Below, piece by piece: positions 59,914 through 64,000 of a DNA stretch of 64,000 nucleotides (positions are counted from its first letter, which is position 1; the number at the start of each line of letters is the position of its first letter). The translations under genes were made by a program, and so were the position numbers. The DNA is taken from positions 1 through 64,000 of IMG/VR virus record IMGVR_UViG_3300008954_000002. One strand, written 5' to 3'. The notes under the pieces were generated by a model, which was not told the DNA's origin, made no database searches, and saw nothing but the letters and a program-made list of their open reading frames with translations. The stretch is from a virus.

Positions 59914-60330
59914 CTATTTTATTTTATCAAGAACGGCTGGAAGTCCGCTGCTGAGAATAGAGGCATTGTACTCTTTCTCTGCTCGGTGAATAATAAGCGT
60001 ACTACCTACTTCTTCTAAAGCAGCTGCTTCAGGAAGAACCTGGTTAAGATAATCAGGTCCTCTAATGTAATAGAGAGGTTTGAGCTGTCTGATTAGTTCA
60101 GATGGCTCATCCTCTCTAAACATTACTACCTTATGTACGAAAACGTTATTACGTAAAACATAACTTCTATCAGATAGTGGCACTGCAAGCTCTCCATACT
60201 TATTCTGTAAGTATTTATCACTATTGATCCCTACTGTTACTAATCCGTATCTGGATGCAAATTCCAGCAATCTCAAATGACCAGCATGGAGTATATTAAA
60301 ACACCCTGTGCATAACACTTGTGTGCTCAT
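59914..60330 (-). CDS. HxGH cytidylyl/adenylyltransferase (RfaE/TagD-like)
   Basis: TGCFNILHAGHL, VGINSD, RGPDY. Confidence 0.85.
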   Translation of the reverse strand: MSTQVLCTGCFNILHAGHLRLLEFASRYGLVTVGINSDKYLQNKYGELAVPLSDRSYVLRNNVFVHKVVMFREDEPSELIRQLKPLYYIRGPDYLNQVLPEAAALEEVGSTLIIHRAEKEYNASILSSGLPAVLDKIK

Positions 60331-60331
60331 T

Positions 60332-60853
60332 ATGAATCAATCCTTAGAGACATATATCTTAATATCCTCTATTATACTATTGCTTATCCTATTGGGATAC
60401 AAGATACATTCTACAATTAGTATCCTAAAGCGAACCAATCATGGACTGTCTATCGATACTATCTCTTTGATAGCCGAAAACAGACTACTGCATGACAAAC
60501 TTTTTAATCTTGCTGAAAGCAAAGATAAAGCTATTACAGAAGCTCGTAAAGACGCTCTAACACGCTCCCGACACGTAATGAGGGGGCAGGCCACAGAACA
60601 CCTTGCACCGCTACTTCAGAACGACTACAATCCCAAGGATTTTAGGTTCCTAGCTAACCCAATCGACTACATAATCTATGATGGTCTTTCTGACCTCTCA
60701 GATAAGGTTAGAAAAGATATCAACAAGATTGTATTCTTGGATATTAAAACAGGGAGCAGCAACCTAACTACAATTCAAAGACGCATCAGAGACGCAATAC
60801 AAGAAGGTAGAGTTGAGTTTCAAGTATATAATCCAGACAAAGAAGAAGAGTGA
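60332..60853 (+). CDS. Holliday-junction-resolvase-like endonuclease with N-terminal TM
   Basis: SR.V..G...E.LAP, RFL..PIDYI, F.DIKTG...L...Q..IRDAI..G.V. Confidence 0.8.
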   Translation: MNQSLETYILISSIILLLILLGYKIHSTISILKRTNHGLSIDTISLIAENRLLHDKLFNLAESKDKAITEARKDALTRSRHVMRGQATEHLAPLLQNDYNPKDFRFLANPIDYIIYDGLSDLSDKVRKDINKIVFLDIKTGSSNLTTIQRRIRDAIQEGRVEFQVYNPDKEEE

Positions 60854-60960
60854 ACCAACTCAGATGCAAGGGTTGCTATTGCGTAACCGCTTGCACCTGA
60901 TACAAATAAGAAGTTCTAATATGGCTTATCACTTATGTGATTTAACAATAGGAGTTTCTC

Positions 60961-61326
60961 ATGGACAATGAGCAACCTGAACAAAGTGCTAATGACCTGC
61001 TACCAAAAAGACCCTCTAAGCTTGCGCCACAAGGCATTGATACATTTACAGTATGCAGAGTCCTTGATGAGACAGGCATATCGGGAGAAGGTGTTGTAAT
61101 TGAAGGCGTTATTCTTGCTACTGGACAGTGCATTGTACATTGGCTATACCCACCGCCAAGAGGAGGTATAGCTGTATTTGATTCTATGGAAGACTTTTTA
61201 AAAGTACATGTAATACCACATCCTAAGAATAGGACAATTATTACCTTTGCAGATGGTGAGCAGAAGACCTATCCGCCCCCTCCTGTCCCTCCCGAAGAGG
61301 AGGAAGAAAATGAAGATCAATCATGA
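60961..61326 (+). CDS. Conserved phage hypothetical protein
   Basis: D.TGISG.G.V.EG......W pattern; AGGAG RBS. Confidence 0.6.
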   Translation: MDNEQPEQSANDLLPKRPSKLAPQGIDTFTVCRVLDETGISGEGVVIEGVILATGQCIVHWLYPPPRGGIAVFDSMEDFLKVHVIPHPKNRTIITFADGEQKTYPPPPVPPEEEEENEDQS

Positions 61327-61612
61327 GTATGTGTACGAGGTACTAGTTAGGAACTGGCGCATATCTTGGTGGAAATCGCATAAAATATCTGATTATCTGC
61401 AGATTTCCCTGTACTATGATTGGAAAGAAGTTCTTCATGTACCAACTCAACTGTCAATAGAAGCATCGAAAGCTGATCTTCTATCACTTAGCAATCAGCT
61501 TATAGCTGAACTAACCATTCCAGACGAGCTTGATAGGTCACTTATCCAGCAAAAAATAAATCAAGGGATAGCTTTTACTGAGCTATAGCCCAACTATACA
61601 AAAGGAACATAT

Positions 61613-62269
61613 ATGGGAATAAAGAAAATAACAGGCATTCCTGAAATAGACACTATAGCTAACGCCTTATCTAAGAAGTTTGGTGGCAAGGAAGTGCTTA
61701 CTCTTGGCCCAAGAATTAAAGAGGCCAACCCAATCCCTACAGGCTCTCTATCTCTAGACTGCCAACTAGGTATAGGCGGAATACCAGACGATAGAGTAAT
61801 AGAGCTGTTCGGCCCATCCTCAGCCGGGAAAACCTCCTTAGCCCTACAGTTTATGCGTCAGTACGTAGACACTAGAGGATATGATCGCCCCCCTGCCTTT
61901 ATTGATCTAGAAAGAACTACTGGACTAGATCTTATACAGGGCATGGGTATAGACCCTGATAGAATTCTATTCTGCTATCCAGATACAGCTGAAGAAGCAC
62001 TACAAATAGCTGCTGACCTAGGCCGTAGTGGTCAAGTAGGCATGATTATATTCGATTCAGTAGATGCGGCTCAGTCTGAGAAAGAGACTAAGAGACAAAT
62101 GGATGAGCTTGGTGTTGGCGATCTACCGAGAGTAATGTCAAAAGCACTAAGAACTATATCCAAGATAGCTACAGACAATAAAGTTGCTTATATCTTCATA
62201 AATCAAATCAGAATGAAGATCGGTTGTGTTGCTCCAGATACTAACATAACCTGGCGACAAGTTGACTAA
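61613..62269 (+). CDS. recA: RecA N-terminal half fused to a 14-aa split-intein N fragment
   Basis: TGSLSLD..LG.GG.P, GPSSAGKT, DSV, FINQIRMKIG|CVAPDTNITWRQVD*. Confidence 0.9.
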   Translation: MGIKKITGIPEIDTIANALSKKFGGKEVLTLGPRIKEANPIPTGSLSLDCQLGIGGIPDDRVIELFGPSSAGKTSLALQFMRQYVDTRGYDRPPAFIDLERTTGLDLIQGMGIDPDRILFCYPDTAEEALQIAADLGRSGQVGMIIFDSVDAAQSEKETKRQMDELGVGDLPRVMSKALRTISKIATDNKVAYIFINQIRMKIGCVAPDTNITWRQVD

Positions 62270-62290
62270 GTTGATTTATAGTACTATCCT
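62262..62290 (+). promoter_or_regulatory. sigma70-like promoter for the endonuclease/IntC-RecA unit
   Basis: TTGACT - 17 bp - TATCCT; ATG 62297 near the expected +1. Confidence 0.45.
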
Positions 62291-62296
62291 ATATAT

Positions 62297-63166
62297 ATGA
62301 AAAATATATGCAGAGTTTGCTCAACCCGAATAGAGCAATCTAAAAAATACTGTTCAAGAAGCTGTTATCATACAAGTCGCAAAGGCATACCTAGATCAGA
62401 GTCTTTTAAAGAAAAAATAAAGCTTGCTCTTATCGGCAAACCACTTTCTCAAGAGAGAAAAGATAAAATAGGCTTAGCTAATTTAAAAAAAGAAGATTTG
62501 TATATAGAAGAACTTAAGTACCTTTGGTCCATAAGATATATTCAAGACTATTATGCAGTAAAAAGCCACATGAACTTTCCCCATTCTTTAAGAGTCTACA
62601 ATAGACTAAGGAAGAAATATGCAAGCTATCTTATAGAGTGCAAGCCCATCTCCCATCTCCCTGTTACCCTTCAAAAAATGAAAACAGAAAGATGGGAACA
62701 ACTACTTCTTGATCTTAAAACAATGAGAACAAGAGCAGTTTTGGCTAAATGGAGAATAGGCGAAAAAACCATTCGGAGAATTTTAGAAGCCTATTCACTT
62801 CAATGGATCTCAAGCTCTAGACGCTATGGTCAAGAAACCTCAATAGAAAAAACAGTGAGGATATGGCTTCAAAAGCAGGAAGTAGAATTTACACAAGAGT
62901 ACTCTCTTGGCTCTTACTTTTATGATTTTAGAATAAGAAATTTACTTATTGAAGTTCATGGGGACTACTGGCACTGTAATCCTCAGATCTATAACGAGCC
63001 GATATCAGCTACTCAAAAACGAAACCTCATAAACGATAGCCTTAAATTTTCATTTGCCTCTAAAGAGAATTACGAAGTTTACTATATTTGGGAATATGAT
63101 TTAAAAAGAAATACTCAAGCTGAGTTAGATAAACTCAAGGACAAAATAAATGAACTCAACAATTAG
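62297..63166 (+). CDS. Free-standing Vsr/DUF559-like homing endonuclease with Zn finger and NUMOD3-like repeats
   Basis: CRVC..YCSRSC, SE..K.KI, TSIE, YDF..LIEVHGDYWH, IWE.D. Confidence 0.8.
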   Translation: MKNICRVCSTRIEQSKKYCSRSCYHTSRKGIPRSESFKEKIKLALIGKPLSQERKDKIGLANLKKEDLYIEELKYLWSIRYIQDYYAVKSHMNFPHSLRVYNRLRKKYASYLIECKPISHLPVTLQKMKTERWEQLLLDLKTMRTRAVLAKWRIGEKTIRRILEAYSLQWISSSRRYGQETSIEKTVRIWLQKQEVEFTQEYSLGSYFYDFRIRNLLIEVHGDYWHCNPQIYNEPISATQKRNLINDSLKFSFASKENYEVYYIWEYDLKRNTQAELDKLKDKINELNN

Positions 63167-64000
63167 CGAGCTTTTCTTAGCGCTAGGGCACCCACAAGAA
63201 AACCTTGTAGAGGACTCTCCAGTAGATGTCAAAGATAAAAACTTTGAGATAGAGAGCTTCGATTTTAGCACAAACCAAAACACTTGGAAGAAAATCTTAA
63301 CAATAGTTAAGAAACCAAAAACAAAAGCCTATATTGTATCCGCAGAAAGTAGGGCCTTTACTTGTTCACCAAATCATAGAATAGCAATATCTCTAGATAA
63401 AGACCTAACAGGTCTACATTTTGTTGAAGCATCTGAATTAGTTTCATTTAAGAAACCCTTTTATTGTAAAACTCCTAAAGGTTTAGTACAAGCATCTGTA
63501 GTTCAGACAGGCAAAGAAACCAATATTCTAGATATAGAAGTAGAAGATACTCATTCTTACTACTCTAACGGAATACTTTCTCATAATACTCTTTATGGCA
63601 ATCCAGAGGCTACATCGGGAGGAAATGCCCTACCCTACTATAGCTCTGTACGCCTTAGAGTAACTTCTAAAGCATCTCCTACACAGAAAGATGCCTTGAG
63701 TATGAAAGTAAGAGTAGTAAAGAATAAAATGGCCCCTGCTTTATCAAAGCAAGCAGAATTTACTTTCATATGTGCACAGGGCACAGATATATACGATGAT
63801 ACATTTGAATTTGCTAAGTCTATTGGCTTAATAAGATCTGCAGGCTCTGCAGTAAAAATTACAATGCCGGGTAAAGAAGAAGAGACATTATGTACTGGAG
63901 GAAAGCTTGGCGCAAGACAGCACTTTATTGAAAATACAGAATACTTTGAACAAATTAGACAGGCCTGCTATAGTATTTCAGGGCTTACCCCGTCAGACTC
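63150..64000 (+). CDS. recA: Split-intein C fragment (146 aa) fused to RecA C-terminal half; runs off the window
   Basis: AAGGA RBS and ATG 63150; CSPNH, LDIEVEDTHSYYSNGILSHN|TLYGNPEATSGGNALPYYSSVRL..VVKNKMAP. Confidence 0.9.
   Translation, partial: MNSTISELFLALGHPQENLVEDSPVDVKDKNFEIESFDFSTNQNTWKKILTIVKKPKTKAYIVSAESRAFTCSPNHRIAISLDKDLTGLHFVEASELVSFKKPFYCKTPKGLVQASVVQTGKETNILDIEVEDTHSYYSNGILSHNTLYGNPEATSGGNALPYYSSVRLRVTSKASPTQKDALSMKVRVVKNKMAPALSKQAEFTFICAQGTDIYDDTFEFAKSIGLIRSAGSAVKITMPGKEEETLCTGGKLGARQHFIENTEYFEQIRQACYSISGLTPSD

Overview
This is a 64 kb segment of a large (jumbo-type) dsDNA bacteriophage genome. Almost all genes lie on the + strand, and no structural or virion genes are recognisable. 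The first ~7.5 kb is noticeably GC-richer than the A-rich remainder and looks like an early transcription cassette. Its short units are bounded by UUCG terminators and a repeated TTTTATTTTAAT^GG element, and it includes a ~936-aa single-chain two-barrel RNA polymerase of the cellular RdRP/QDE-1/YonO type. From ~5.3 kb onward, a second dispersed element precedes many genes: a stem-loop with variable arms, a fixed C-TTAC-R loop and a Y-R-G triplet 14-17 nt downstream, which is a candidate hairpin-type phage promoter. Several long, densely base-paired ORF-free regions are candidate large ncRNAs (about 13-560, 5420-5720, 7991-9050 and 21524-21832). Notable coding systems are a stand-alone Cas7-like RAMP with a short period-5 structured 3' region, a four-gene E2-JAB-E1-Ubl ubiquitination-like operon, a Lon-like AAA+ protein without a protease domain, and a tubulin/FtsZ homologue. 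The window also carries GSII, PhoH, Whirly, SpoVG and RRM nucleic-acid binders, a tmRNA and five tRNA or tRNA-like genes (one lacks a D-arm). A class II RNR has two inteins, and recA is fractured by an atypically split intein (14-aa IntN) with a free-standing endonuclease between the halves. All family calls come from motif recognition by eye; no database search was run.
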